A DNA stretch of 64,000 nt, from positions 32,001 through 96,000 of the IMG/VR virus record IMGVR_UViG_3300045988_168232; one strand, 5' to 3'. The notes below the pieces were generated by a model. It ran no database searches. It worked only from the letters and a program-made list of their open reading frames with translations, and was not told where the DNA came from. The translations under genes and the position numbers were made by a program. Positions 45,200 to 54,091 of this stretch are shown here, in pieces. Each line of letters begins with the position of its first letter. Position 1 is the first letter of the stretch. This DNA is from a virus.

Positions 45200-45837
45200 T
45201 AAATATTGATTTTGCAAATATCAATAATGCCAAATTGATTGGGCGGCTCTTACCTTTTTGGGCAAGAGGTAAAAAAGTGTCTTTGCTTTTACAAGCAATC
45301 CTGTACCCAATTGCTTCGGTTCATAATTTATTTAAAATATGGGCATTAGAAAAATTCATAGAGTGTCACATAACTGCTCAAAAAGCATCGTTGGAATGGT
45401 ATCTGAGATATAAGCTTAAATCTCATTTTCATAATGAAAATGATAACTTTTTCATTACACATGGCATTAATGAATCACTATCATGTTTTAGTAGTGACGT
45501 TTGGCGTAATGGATTACATTGGGACAACAACTTACGATGGAACGTGGAAACTGAATCATTAGTACACATGAATATGAACCTGTCTTGCATAAACACTGGT
45601 ATGTGGGAAAATAGGATGTTATGGAACAATGCTCTGCTGTGGGATAATGAAGATAATGGCAAAAAATATAATGATGACTATTTGGAAATTGTAAATCAGA
45701 CGAATGTCTATGCCCCAGCCATCATTGATACGGTAGATTATAACCATGAGGATTACGAACGTGACATTAGAAATATCATGTCCAAATTCATGATCAACTT
45801 CAATAAAATACATATTATAATTGCGGATACAGAGTAA
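45196..45837 (+). CDS. hypothetical fibre-module protein with two Trp-rich motifs
   Basis: Contains CFSSDVWRNGLHWDNNLRWN and CINTGMWENRMLWNNALLWDN. Confidence 0.5.
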   Translation: MINIDFANINNAKLIGRLLPFWARGKKVSLLLQAILYPIASVHNLFKIWALEKFIECHITAQKASLEWYLRYKLKSHFHNENDNFFITHGINESLSCFSSDVWRNGLHWDNNLRWNVETESLVHMNMNLSCINTGMWENRMLWNNALLWDNEDNGKKYNDDYLEIVNQTNVYAPAIIDTVDYNHEDYERDIRNIMSKFMINFNKIHIIIADTE

Positions 45838-45861
45838 CAAACCAATAAATAATTTATCAGT

Positions 45862-46125
45862 ATGAAGATTTATAATTTTGGCAATGATTATGCCTTTCAG
45901 CAAAAACAAAAATTAGAACAGGAAGCACCAAAAATGAATCCAAGTTCTGAAAACAAAGTAAAAGAGGAATCCAATGTTGAAAATCAAAATTCAGATGCCG
46001 GACTCGACAATGTGCCAGCTATCATTAAAGAGGATGACAAACAAATCCAGGTGTCGGAAACCGCAAAAAAGAAAAAAGAAGCGGGGACCAAAGGTTGGAA
46101 AAAGCAAGAGGGTAGTCAAGTTTAA
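45862..46125 (+). CDS. hypothetical Lys/Glu-rich protein
   Basis: 87-aa ORF. Its 3' part overlaps the next ORF around an A-rich tract. Confidence 0.35.
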   Translation: MKIYNFGNDYAFQQKQKLEQEAPKMNPSSENKVKEESNVENQNSDAGLDNVPAIIKEDDKQIQVSETAKKKKEAGTKGWKKQEGSQV

Positions 46126-46435
46126 TGAAACTGCTGTGGGGCATTTTCTTTATGTCTATGCTCCTATTCAGTATCATCTGCTGATGGAATACTGTAAGGC
46201 AATTAAGCAAGTAGAAAGAGGGCAGCGTATCAAATATAATATAATTGAAGCAATAGCTATTAACAGTGATAACGCTGCTTTCAAAACAGCACGTTTCAGA
46301 CGAGCGCTGATAGCTTATCGGAGATTCGGTACTCGTCCGTTAAGAAAAACCGGTTGGTCTTTAAGGGACGCTGTTTATTATGCAAAGAACAGTTATCATA
46401 TTCATGAGGCAGTAAAAAATGAAGGTACATTATGA
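46034..46435 (+). CDS. hypothetical protein (start uncertain)
   Basis: Frame +1 relative to 45862. The last in-frame ATG before the non-overlapping part is at 46034 (MTNKSRCRKPQKRKKKRG...). Confidence 0.35.
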   Translation: MTNKSRCRKPQKRKKKRGPKVGKSKRVVKFNETAVGHFLYVYAPIQYHLLMEYCKAIKQVERGQRIKYNIIEAIAINSDNAAFKTARFRRALIAYRRFGTRPLRKTGWSLRDAVYYAKNSYHIHEAVKNEGTL

Positions 46436-46587
46436 TGCGCTTCCTTCTGTTTGTTGTATGATAATTCCATAAAGAGTATTGCTTCCAAAAATACGATTAA
46501 GGTTGAAGATATCTTTCAAAGGACTGACAATAAGCAAATAAAAAACAAAAAATCCATTGTTCTTGTGGAATGACGATTTTTTTTGCA

Positions 46588-46595
46588 TATATTTG
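46588..46595 (+). promoter_or_regulatory. Bacteroidetes-type -7 element (TAtaTTTG)
   Basis: Matches TAnnTTTG 28 nt upstream of the ATG at 46624. A TTTG lies about 13 nt upstream of it. Confidence 0.4.
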
Positions 46596-46623
46596 AAGTT
46601 GCTTAAAAAATGAACAAAAGAAT

Positions 46624-47871
46624 ATGACAGCAATAGTAGGAGTATTGAATAAACATGCTGTGGCAATAGCGGCAGACAGTGCAGTCACAATGGGGAACAC
46701 TCACAAAGTGGTCAACAGTGCGAATAAGATTTTCACGCTGTCGAAGTATCATCCTGTAGCAGTGATGACATACAGTAGTGCCTCTTTTATGGGTGTACCA
46801 TGGGATATTATCATTAAAGAATACAGAAAGCAGTTAAAAAATAAGTGTTTTGCAAAACTTGAATATTATGTGGGTGATTTTATGAAATATCTGCATAAAG
46901 AACATTTCTTTTGTGATAAAAAAACTCAAGAAACATATTTGCAATGGATGTTGGAATCCTTTTTTGATATTTGTTGTAATGAGATTTGTAATGAAAATCA
47001 TATAGATAAAAGTGCTTTGGATGATACACTGATTGAACAAAAATTAGCGGATTGTATTAAAATATATAAAGCAGCCGATAAATGTCCTGATTTTGATTCG
47101 TATTCATTGGTGGACTTTAAAAAATATGCAGAAACAGCTATACAAAATTTTGCGAATGAAAAGAGTTTTGTAAATGTTGATTTATTGTCAGAGTCTTTCT
47201 TCTACTATTTGTCGGTTAAAATACTTACTTATTCCTATACAGGTTTGGTTTTTGTTGGTTATGGTGAGAAAGAAATATATCCATCACTTATTCCTGTGAA
47301 TATCTCTTCATTAGTTGTTGATGGACATTTAAAATATTTTATTGATCAGACTAATGTTGCTAAAATTTCAGAACATGGTTCTTGGGCTGTGATAAGTCCT
47401 TTTGCACAAGTTGATGTCGTTCAAACCATAATTAGAGGAATCAATCCAAGTTTTCAAGATATAATTTATAATGTTATAGGAAAATCTATTGAATCTTATA
47501 CAGATGCAATTACAGGTATTCTTGATAAGGATCCATCCACAATATCGGTATCAACAGCTATAAAGGGATTGGATAAGCAATCTGTAATCAAAGGTATTGC
47601 AACCCAAATAAACAAAGAGATGTTTAATTTGTATTCAAAGCCATTGATTGATACGGTGGCACATTTAGATAAAGAAGATATGGCAAACATGGCTGAAAGT
47701 TTTATATCTCTTACATCATTGGTTCGTAGAATGCAACCTGGAGAAGAAACAGTAGGAGGTCCAGTGGATGTGGCTGTTATTTCAAAAGGTGATGGTTTTG
47801 TTTGGATTAATAGAAAGCACTATTTTAAGCCTGAGTTGAATACTTCATTTTTTAGTAATTATTTTAAGTAA
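46624..47871 (+). CDS. HslV/proteasome-beta-like N-terminal-nucleophile protein with a long divergent extension
   Basis: M-TAIVGVLNKHAVAIAADSAVTMGNTHKVVNSANKIF parallels my recollection of E. coli HslV, [34 protein letters not shown]. It has Thr1, Asp17 and a Lys at position 34. Confidence 0.6.
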   Translation: MTAIVGVLNKHAVAIAADSAVTMGNTHKVVNSANKIFTLSKYHPVAVMTYSSASFMGVPWDIIIKEYRKQLKNKCFAKLEYYVGDFMKYLHKEHFFCDKKTQETYLQWMLESFFDICCNEICNENHIDKSALDDTLIEQKLADCIKIYKAADKCPDFDSYSLVDFKKYAETAIQNFANEKSFVNVDLLSESFFYYLSVKILTYSYTGLVFVGYGEKEIYPSLIPVNISSLVVDGHLKYFIDQTNVAKISEHGSWAVISPFAQVDVVQTIIRGINPSFQDIIYNVIGKSIESYTDAITGILDKDPSTISVSTAIKGLDKQSVIKGIATQINKEMFNLYSKPLIDTVAHLDKEDMANMAESFISLTSLVRRMQPGEETVGGPVDVAVISKGDGFVWINRKHYFKPELNTSFFSNYFK

Positions 47872-47885
47872 GGAAGGAGCTTGTT

Positions 47886-48077
47886 ATGTATGGAACAATG
47901 ACTTGCGGTTTATGCCCAGATTCAAAATTGGAAGGAACCCTATTGACAAAAGAGCAGATTGAAGAAATTTCGACTCGCATATCCAGGAATGTTTCCGAAA
48001 ATGTATCAAAACAATTGGAAGAAGCTATTTCTGCTTTATCTTCCAAAAAGACAGATAAGGAAACAAAGAAAAAATAA
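47886..48077 (+). CDS. small hypothetical protein
   Basis: 63 aa, starting 15 nt after the upstream stop and followed by a terminator. Confidence 0.35.
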   Translation: MYGTMTCGLCPDSKLEGTLLTKEQIEEISTRISRNVSENVSKQLEEAISALSSKKTDKETKKK

Positions 48078-48085
48078 ATTATTTT

Positions 48086-48127
48086 AAAAAAGTCCGCCTC
48101 GCATTGTTATTTTGGCGGACTTTTTTG
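48086..48127. terminator. bidirectional rho-independent terminator
   Basis: aaaaagtccgcc/ggcggacttttt: a 12-bp stem flanked by A- and T-runs, placed between convergent units. Confidence 0.65.
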
Positions 48128-48176
48128 CGATTGATTTATTAGTAACGTATTAGCCAATATACTTTATATTATTGAT

Positions 48177-48425
48177 TTAGAATTTTTTCATTTTTGAAAA
48201 TGTTGCATTGAAAATAACTTTAGCTTCTGGGCCGCCGTTAATTTTAGTTCCACATGGTACGCTGTGTAAATTTGAAAAGCCAGGATTATACCATTTCTTC
48301 TGAGCAGCATGTATGTCTGTATCTACACCAATGAAAAATTGATGAAATTGGGGTGATTCTCCAACATTATGTGAACATATTAAATGATATTTCCATTCTG
48401 ATGGTTTAATAATAGCACCACACAA
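48177..48425 (-). CDS. hypothetical Cys-containing protein (no ATG start; possibly degenerate)
   Basis: The track start is TTG. The frame is open 12 codons further upstream (IRGIKSKGKCKCRL) without an ATG. Confidence 0.3.
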   Translation of the reverse strand: MCGAIIKPSEWKYHLICSHNVGESPQFHQFFIGVDTDIHAAQKKWYNPGFSNLHSVPCGTKINGGPEAKVIFNATFSKMKKF

Positions 48426-48658
48426 TCTACATTTACATTTGCCTTTACTTTTAATCCCCCGTATCTAATACGCAATAATAATTATGAAAGCAAGATTCAC
48501 AAATAATGTCATGGAAGCGAGCTAAATGTTTTTTTCATTTTGTGAGTTTTAAGACTTCTCCGCATAATCGGCATTTTATTAAAGGAGCAGGTTTTGAATG
48601 TGTTATAATTTTATTTTTCTTATCCATTTTTATGTATGCTGGATCATTTAGAAATAAA

Positions 48659-49036
48659 TTAACTCCAAAACAATTTAATTTTTGCTATTTTCGAAGGTTT
48701 AATTTCGAATATCGCATGAGTGAATGGTTTTGAATTAAAACCATCGTGTAGGCAACCTGCTTGTCCTGTTTCTCTTATTTTTCCCCTTTCATCATAAATA
48801 GCATAATCCAATGCAACCCATGAATCTGAACTTTCAGTACGATGGATTTCAAACGCAATGGTCAGTTGTCCGTATGTATCAATATAAAATCCCAAATTCT
48901 TAATTTTGGATTTTACTATTTCTTCTCTTGAATTATCGTATTCTGTAATTGATAAGAAAAAATCATCCGTCTGAACATCATTCATTTTTTTATTCCATTT
49001 ACAGGAAACAGATGTTATATGGTTGTTGTTCATCAC
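48659..49036 (-). CDS. hypothetical protein
   Basis: 125-aa ORF. Confidence 0.5.
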   Translation of the reverse strand: MMNNNHITSVSCKWNKKMNDVQTDDFFLSITEYDNSREEIVKSKIKNLGFYIDTYGQLTIAFEIHRTESSDSWVALDYAIYDERGKIRETGQAGCLHDGFNSKPFTHAIFEIKPSKIAKIKLFWS

Positions 49037-49061
49037 TAAAATCTACTGTATTAAATTTGCT

Positions 49062-49694
49062 TTATTTATTATGTTGATTAACTATAATCGCATTAATTAT
49101 AGCATTAATTCGATGTGCAGTCTGTTCATTTTCACCAATATTGATTTCAAATAGCGGATGCGAAATATCTAATGTGCTAATAAGTACCGAATAATTGTGA
49201 TAAATTTTATCTGGTTCTTTTCGATATTCTGTTGTATATTTTTCAGGACCTGCAAGCAAAGTACCTGCTGTTTTACCAAACGACCGTTGCATAGAAGAGC
49301 GTTTAATTTCATTCCATAAATCCCCTTGAGTCACTGCAACAACAGTACCGGCTTTTATTTTCGGATTATCTACAATTTGAGAGCTACTTATATCATTGAA
49401 TTTTAACCATGATGATGAAAAGTATATTTCTTGTTTTTCTTTAAATATTAATACAGTCTTTTGAGGCTCCGATGGTACAATTGGGACTATAGCTTCTATT
49501 TCTCCATATTTATTCTTCATACTCTTAATCCATAGATCAAAGCTTTCTTTCCTTTTTTGCTTCCAATTCGTTATTGCACGAGCATTCTCAGTATGAAGCT
49601 GGGATGACTGAGTTGAATTTGTATTAATATTAAAATAAATCGAAACAATAACTGCAATGAAGAACAGTGCAAGTAAAAATATTGCCATATGCAT
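49062..49694 (-). CDS. membrane-anchored hypothetical protein
   Basis: The ATG at 49694 gives MHMAIFLLALFFIAVIVSIYF, which looks like a TM anchor. The track's longer N-terminus overlaps a structured intergenic element. Confidence 0.5.
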   Translation of the reverse strand: MHMAIFLLALFFIAVIVSIYFNINTNSTQSSQLHTENARAITNWKQKRKESFDLWIKSMKNKYGEIEAIVPIVPSEPQKTVLIFKEKQEIYFSSSWLKFNDISSSQIVDNPKIKAGTVVAVTQGDLWNEIKRSSMQRSFGKTAGTLLAGPEKYTTEYRKEPDKIYHNYSVLISTLDISHPLFEINIGENEQTAHRINAIINAIIVNQHNK

Positions 49695-49995
49695 TTTGGA
49701 TTTTGTTATACATTCAGTTTCAATCTCAAAATGGCAACGGCATAAACGAAAAGCGTAGAGCCATCGCCTTTCGTCTCGTGGTTCACCACAAACCATACTC
49801 AGTAAGGCAAGCTCTACGCTATATGCAGAACCGCCTAACACTGAGTATTTAACCTTATTCTATTCCGAGGTGGTGATTTCGAGACGAATTAGGTCATAAT
49901 ATGTCGCTTATAAGCAAATATGCTGTACAAGTGTTGCAAAAGTAAATATATTCAGCGATACAAACAAATAAAATATCTGTTAATCACTGTTTTTA

Positions 49996-50463
49996 TTACT
50001 TATTACAATTTTTCCAGAAACGGCTGGTGATATTCCTTAAAACATATCCATCCACTTTATAGAGACGCTGGTTGGTTTTAGGGGAGGTCAGACCGCCCAA
50101 TTTCTTTATGTATGGACCCAATTTTAGGTAATCGAAATTCTTGTATTCAGCAAAAATAGAAAACCACTCCTGACCACTGTACCAGCCAATTTTTAAATGA
50201 GGATAAGACTGCCGGATATGCCCAGCAAGTCTATTAATTTCATCTGGCTCAATATCTCCACCCATAAAACATACGCATGTAATACCTGTATTCTTCTCTA
50301 TAAGCAGGTTTAGTGACGATTCAGTTAATGGTTCTCCAATATCTTTCCATAAATGCTGGCTATGACACCCCTCGCATCTTATCGGGCAATTAGATATATT
50401 AATTGCCAACGTCACTTCATCGGGGACTTCTGCAAATACTATTCGTGTATCAACGTATTTCAT
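49996..50463 (-). CDS. nrdG: anaerobic ribonucleotide reductase activating protein (radical SAM)
   Basis: CPIRCEGC is a CxxxCxxC motif. 155 aa, overlapping the nrdD stop by 4 nt. Confidence 0.88.
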   Translation of the reverse strand: MKYVDTRIVFAEVPDEVTLAINISNCPIRCEGCHSQHLWKDIGEPLTESSLNLLIEKNTGITCVCFMGGDIEPDEINRLAGHIRQSYPHLKIGWYSGQEWFSIFAEYKNFDYLKLGPYIKKLGGLTSPKTNQRLYKVDGYVLRNITSRFWKNCNK

Positions 50464-52622
50464 TGTATCTGCTCCTTTCCGTTGCTATAAACTCGTTTAG
50501 CAGCTTCTACCTGGCGGTCTTGGCCAAAGGTTTTAATGGGGCGTAAATAGCCGATGACCCTTGTGTACTGAGTGATATGCAAACCTCCGCATTTGGGACA
50601 CACAATAATCGGTTTCTTAATGATATGACCACAATCTTCACATTTGCTGTTCGGAACATTGAACGTGAAATAACTGGTACCGTTCTCAATGGCAAAGTCA
50701 ATCAGCTTCAGATATTGTTCTTTGCTAAGGTGATCTTCCAAATTGATATGAGCGGCAGAACCTCCATCAGTATATTGATAAGTCTGTCGGCCATGCAGAA
50801 TAAATTTGTCCAATACAGAGGTGTCATCGTGGGCATTATAGAAATAACTGTTATACAGGTTCTCGTCTTCGGGTACCCAATAACCGTCTTCTTTATCCCA
50901 GTTGTAGTTCTTACCGCCTAATCCTTCTGCTGGAACAACCTCACTGTTAAACAAGAAAGGCCGTTTGCGGTCGTGAACGGAATACAGTTTATTTTGCTCC
51001 TTAATCGTGCCCAATATTAATTGTAAGAATCGGATGTATTCAGGATTGTTAGACACTTGCATACCTAAGAAACGGGCTGCCTCATTCAAACCATTAATGC
51101 CTATGGTGCTATATAGTTTGGACATATAGATATAGCCGCCATTGGAAGCAGCAAACATACCTTGCTCCTCCAAGTCATACAACATTGTCTTAAATGCAAT
51201 ATGATATTTATACACCCTTTTTAGGATCTCTACAAGATAATCTTTAATGAAAGAAGTGTTTTCCACCCAACCTCCATGAAGACCGTATGCTTTTACACAG
51301 TCTTGGATAATCCTATTGATATTCAAGGTAATCACATTGCAACTTCCTGTCATAACGCCTGTAAGACCAGATGTAGGACTGAAGGTGTTTTCTGACACCT
51401 CATTCCTAAGTCGACAACAACTTGCAAGGCTATCTGCACTATCGGAAATATATGTAAAAAACGAATGTCCTTCTGCATACATCTCGGCGCACAATTGCTT
51501 GTAGTCTTGGTCAACGATGTCTTTTCCATCGTGTACCATCGCGAAGGTCTCTACGGGGAAAGTCAATACTTGCTTCAGGCGTATTTGGTTAAACCACTTC
51601 ATAAAAAGTCGTTGCAAGGTATCAATCGCTTCCCATTCAGGTTTAGAAGCATCTGGGTAGCAAAAGTTCTTGAACAACGAATGGAAATATGTCTGGTCGT
51701 AGTAAGAGATGTTAGTGAATGGGCTTTGATAACTACGGTTGCCTGCCGGTTGATTCACACCCCACACAAATTGTTTGAACGCTTTTAGAATACTGTCCTT
51801 GACTGTACGTTGGATTTTACAATGAGAAGTAGATACTATACAGTCCAATTTCTCATACCACAACGGACCAAATTCCATCACAGCATAGTAATTGAGGGCA
51901 ATAAAGTACTCGCCAAATGCTACAGCTCCTTTGCATTGTGATGAAAGCAAAAAAGCAAGATTGGTAATCTGCCCACTGAATGATTGTAAGTCGTTAGGTT
52001 CACTGGGAGTTACGCCATCAATATTACCCACACCTTCCGTCATCAAAGGATAAAGTGATACCGCTTGACAATAGAACTTGGTGGTAGGTACGCTAGCCTC
52101 GTCATGTGTGTATATAATATGATGATTGAGGTCTTTTTCATATTGTTCAGCAACCTTTGGATAGAGTTTTTGCAATTCATTTTTCATACGCTGCCGTTGG
52201 ATTAAACGGTTGGTGGTTTTATACACCTCACCTTCCAAATTGGCTACATTCTTCATGGTCACATTGGCATTGCCATCGGTTTCTGAAGATGTGGCGGCAT
52301 TATCTGAAGAATTACTATATCGGTCCATATAATCAATGCGCTCACGGATAAAGCGTGCCTCTTGATGTTGTTGGCGGTACAAGATAAATGCCTTAGCCAC
52401 ATCACAGTGGCCGGACTGCATTAGCGACCTTTCTACCATGTCTTGTATTTTTTCCACTGAAATCGGATTCTCTAACATAGCACAATCCAGCCACATCTTC
52501 ACTTCTGTTACAATGGTATCGTCATACTCAACGCCTTGGCTTTCAAACGCCTTTCTGACAGCTGTTTCAATTTTGTTCAGGTCAAAATCCATCAATTGAC
52601 CATTCCTCTTTAGTACTTTCAT
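50460..52622 (-). CDS. nrdD: anaerobic (class III) ribonucleoside-triphosphate reductase
   Basis: 720 aa. ATP-cone-like N-terminus, C-terminal Zn site CEDCGH...CPKCGG and glycyl-radical motif TRVIGYLRP. Confidence 0.93.
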   Translation of the reverse strand: MKVLKRNGQLMDFDLNKIETAVRKAFESQGVEYDDTIVTEVKMWLDCAMLENPISVEKIQDMVERSLMQSGHCDVAKAFILYRQQHQEARFIRERIDYMDRYSNSSDNAATSSETDGNANVTMKNVANLEGEVYKTTNRLIQRQRMKNELQKLYPKVAEQYEKDLNHHIIYTHDEASVPTTKFYCQAVSLYPLMTEGVGNIDGVTPSEPNDLQSFSGQITNLAFLLSSQCKGAVAFGEYFIALNYYAVMEFGPLWYEKLDCIVSTSHCKIQRTVKDSILKAFKQFVWGVNQPAGNRSYQSPFTNISYYDQTYFHSLFKNFCYPDASKPEWEAIDTLQRLFMKWFNQIRLKQVLTFPVETFAMVHDGKDIVDQDYKQLCAEMYAEGHSFFTYISDSADSLASCCRLRNEVSENTFSPTSGLTGVMTGSCNVITLNINRIIQDCVKAYGLHGGWVENTSFIKDYLVEILKRVYKYHIAFKTMLYDLEEQGMFAASNGGYIYMSKLYSTIGINGLNEAARFLGMQVSNNPEYIRFLQLILGTIKEQNKLYSVHDRKRPFLFNSEVVPAEGLGGKNYNWDKEDGYWVPEDENLYNSYFYNAHDDTSVLDKFILHGRQTYQYTDGGSAAHINLEDHLSKEQYLKLIDFAIENGTSYFTFNVPNSKCEDCGHIIKKPIIVCPKCGGLHITQYTRVIGYLRPIKTFGQDRQVEAAKRVYSNGKEQIQ

Positions 52623-52689
52623 AACATTTACAAATTTTACAATCAGAGTCCGGGATTATCCACAGACCGACACTTAATAATAGCATTCA

Positions 52690-53094
52690 TTAAATAAACC
52701 GGAAATAATGTTTCAGGGCACAGACGGTATCACTGATTTCTTGGAATGTGATGTACTGCACTTCATACCCATTCATATCGGTCACAGCCGGTTTATAGTC
52801 GGAGATAGAAAGATTGCGGACTTCCGATTTAAATATGTCGTATTCCATTTCTGAAAGAGGATGCTCGTTGTTGCTGAGGCGTTCCAGTAGAACTCTTACC
52901 CATACAGGAGCATAGAATTTGGAATCTTTACCTCTCTGTTCTATATCCAGTCTCTTTGCTTTCAATATATTCAATGCAAGTGGCAATATATTGCTCAGTT
53001 TCTGAAAGTCCCGTTGGGATTTGCCGGACTGGAAATCTTCAATTATGCTGATGGCTCCATTCAGTTGTTCGATGGTGATATCATTCTGCTTCAT
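52690..53094 (-). CDS. hypothetical protein
   Basis: 134-aa ORF upstream of nrdD. Confidence 0.5.
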   Translation of the reverse strand: MKQNDITIEQLNGAISIIEDFQSGKSQRDFQKLSNILPLALNILKAKRLDIEQRGKDSKFYAPVWVRVLLERLSNNEHPLSEMEYDIFKSEVRNLSISDYKPAVTDMNGYEVQYITFQEISDTVCALKHYFRFI

Positions 53095-53284
53095 ATTCCA
53101 TGCCCTCCGTATTTTCTGTTTCTTCTATCTGGTACGGTATTACTGACTGAATGTATTCCAGCCCTCTGATTTGATGGATTAGGCTGTCTATGCAATTGCC
53201 CTGGATGAAATTAAGGATGATGCTGCATACAAGTAACAGAAATAATGCGAGGATACAGCCGTTGTTCGATTTTTCTTGTTTCAT
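53081..53284 (-). CDS. small membrane protein
   Basis: 67 aa with one TM segment (CILALFLLLVCSIILNFI). Confidence 0.45.
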   Translation of the reverse strand: MKQEKSNNGCILALFLLLVCSIILNFIQGNCIDSLIHQIRGLEYIQSVIPYQIEETENTEGMEYEAE

Positions 53285-54004
53285 TATGTTTTAGATTTAA
53301 TGAAACACTGCTTTAATCAATTTAGTATTAAAAATATACTGTCTTATTTATGGTTTCTTTTTATATCTGTAATTTTTCTTACTTCTCGTCTAAGTAGTTT
53401 TGAATGCCTACTTATGCTGCAATTATACATGATTTAATGGATAAAAACCACTGTTTTGAATCAATTTGAGAGTATTTAATATACTCCCCCTTTACCCTTA
53501 GCAAGAAGAAAGGAGCCGCCTAAATATTAAAAATAAATATTATAGAATAACCTTTTTCTTGTAAGTTTCGTAAGATATTTCATTCTTACAGACTGCAAGT
53601 ACCACTTCGCCCTCAACCTCGTTGCTTTTTTCTTCGGAATACCGCTTGCTATTGCCAGTTGTCAGGGGGGACGGACATTGCTGGACTTATTTGCAACGTG
53701 TACTTCAGTCGGAGCCATTTTATCTCAGGAGAACCTGTCTCCCTGGGTTGGCACGGATAGAACCCTATATTAATAAGCCGCTTTTTACAGAAACGTAAAC
53801 CACTTATAGTGGCAGTGAAAACTGGCATAAGATACTTCTTGGTCGCCCATTCCTCATATCTCCAGTGTCGCTGTCGGAACCTCTTGCTCTTACCATAGCT
53901 CCCACTTTTATTAAACCTGCAATGGGATGCGGATCTTTTCTTTTTACCAAATGGCTGGCTAAGAATTAGTAAAAACCGATATAATGGAAATCTTGTAAAA
54001 CAAT

Positions 54005-54042
54005 AAATCCCCGTGTCAATGTTGATTGAGCTACGGGGATTT
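54005..54042. terminator. 10-bp-stem hairpin (terminator-like)
   Basis: aaatccccgt / acggggattt with an 18-nt loop. Confidence 0.45.
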
Positions 54043-54052
54043 ATAAAAAGAA

Positions 54053-54091
54053 AAAATCCACAAGCTAAAGTGGTGGCGCTTGCGGATTTTT
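54053..54091. terminator. bidirectional terminator-like hairpin
   Basis: aaaatccacaagc / gcttgcggatttt: 13 positions with one mismatch, flanked by an A-run and a T-run. Confidence 0.5.

Noticed and set aside
49752-49820. tRNA-like or hammerhead-like appearance (7-10-bp closing stem, internal hairpins, CUGAGUA...CGAAA on the minus strand)
   Set aside because: The internal hairpins have 3-4-nt loops, with no 7-nt anticodon or T loops and no D-arm. The hammerhead core CUGANGA is not matched (CUGAGUA). It is kept only as a generic structured element.
53724-53739. ctcaggagaacctgtc resembles the cobalamin-riboswitch B12 box (AGYCMGGAGACCKGCC)
   Set aside because: It has one extra base. The other conserved riboswitch blocks (GGTGNAANTCC, GCCACTG, GGGAAGGC) are not convincingly present. 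It is on the plus strand, about 750 nt from the next plus-strand gene, while nrdD is on the minus strand. A covariance-model scan would settle this.
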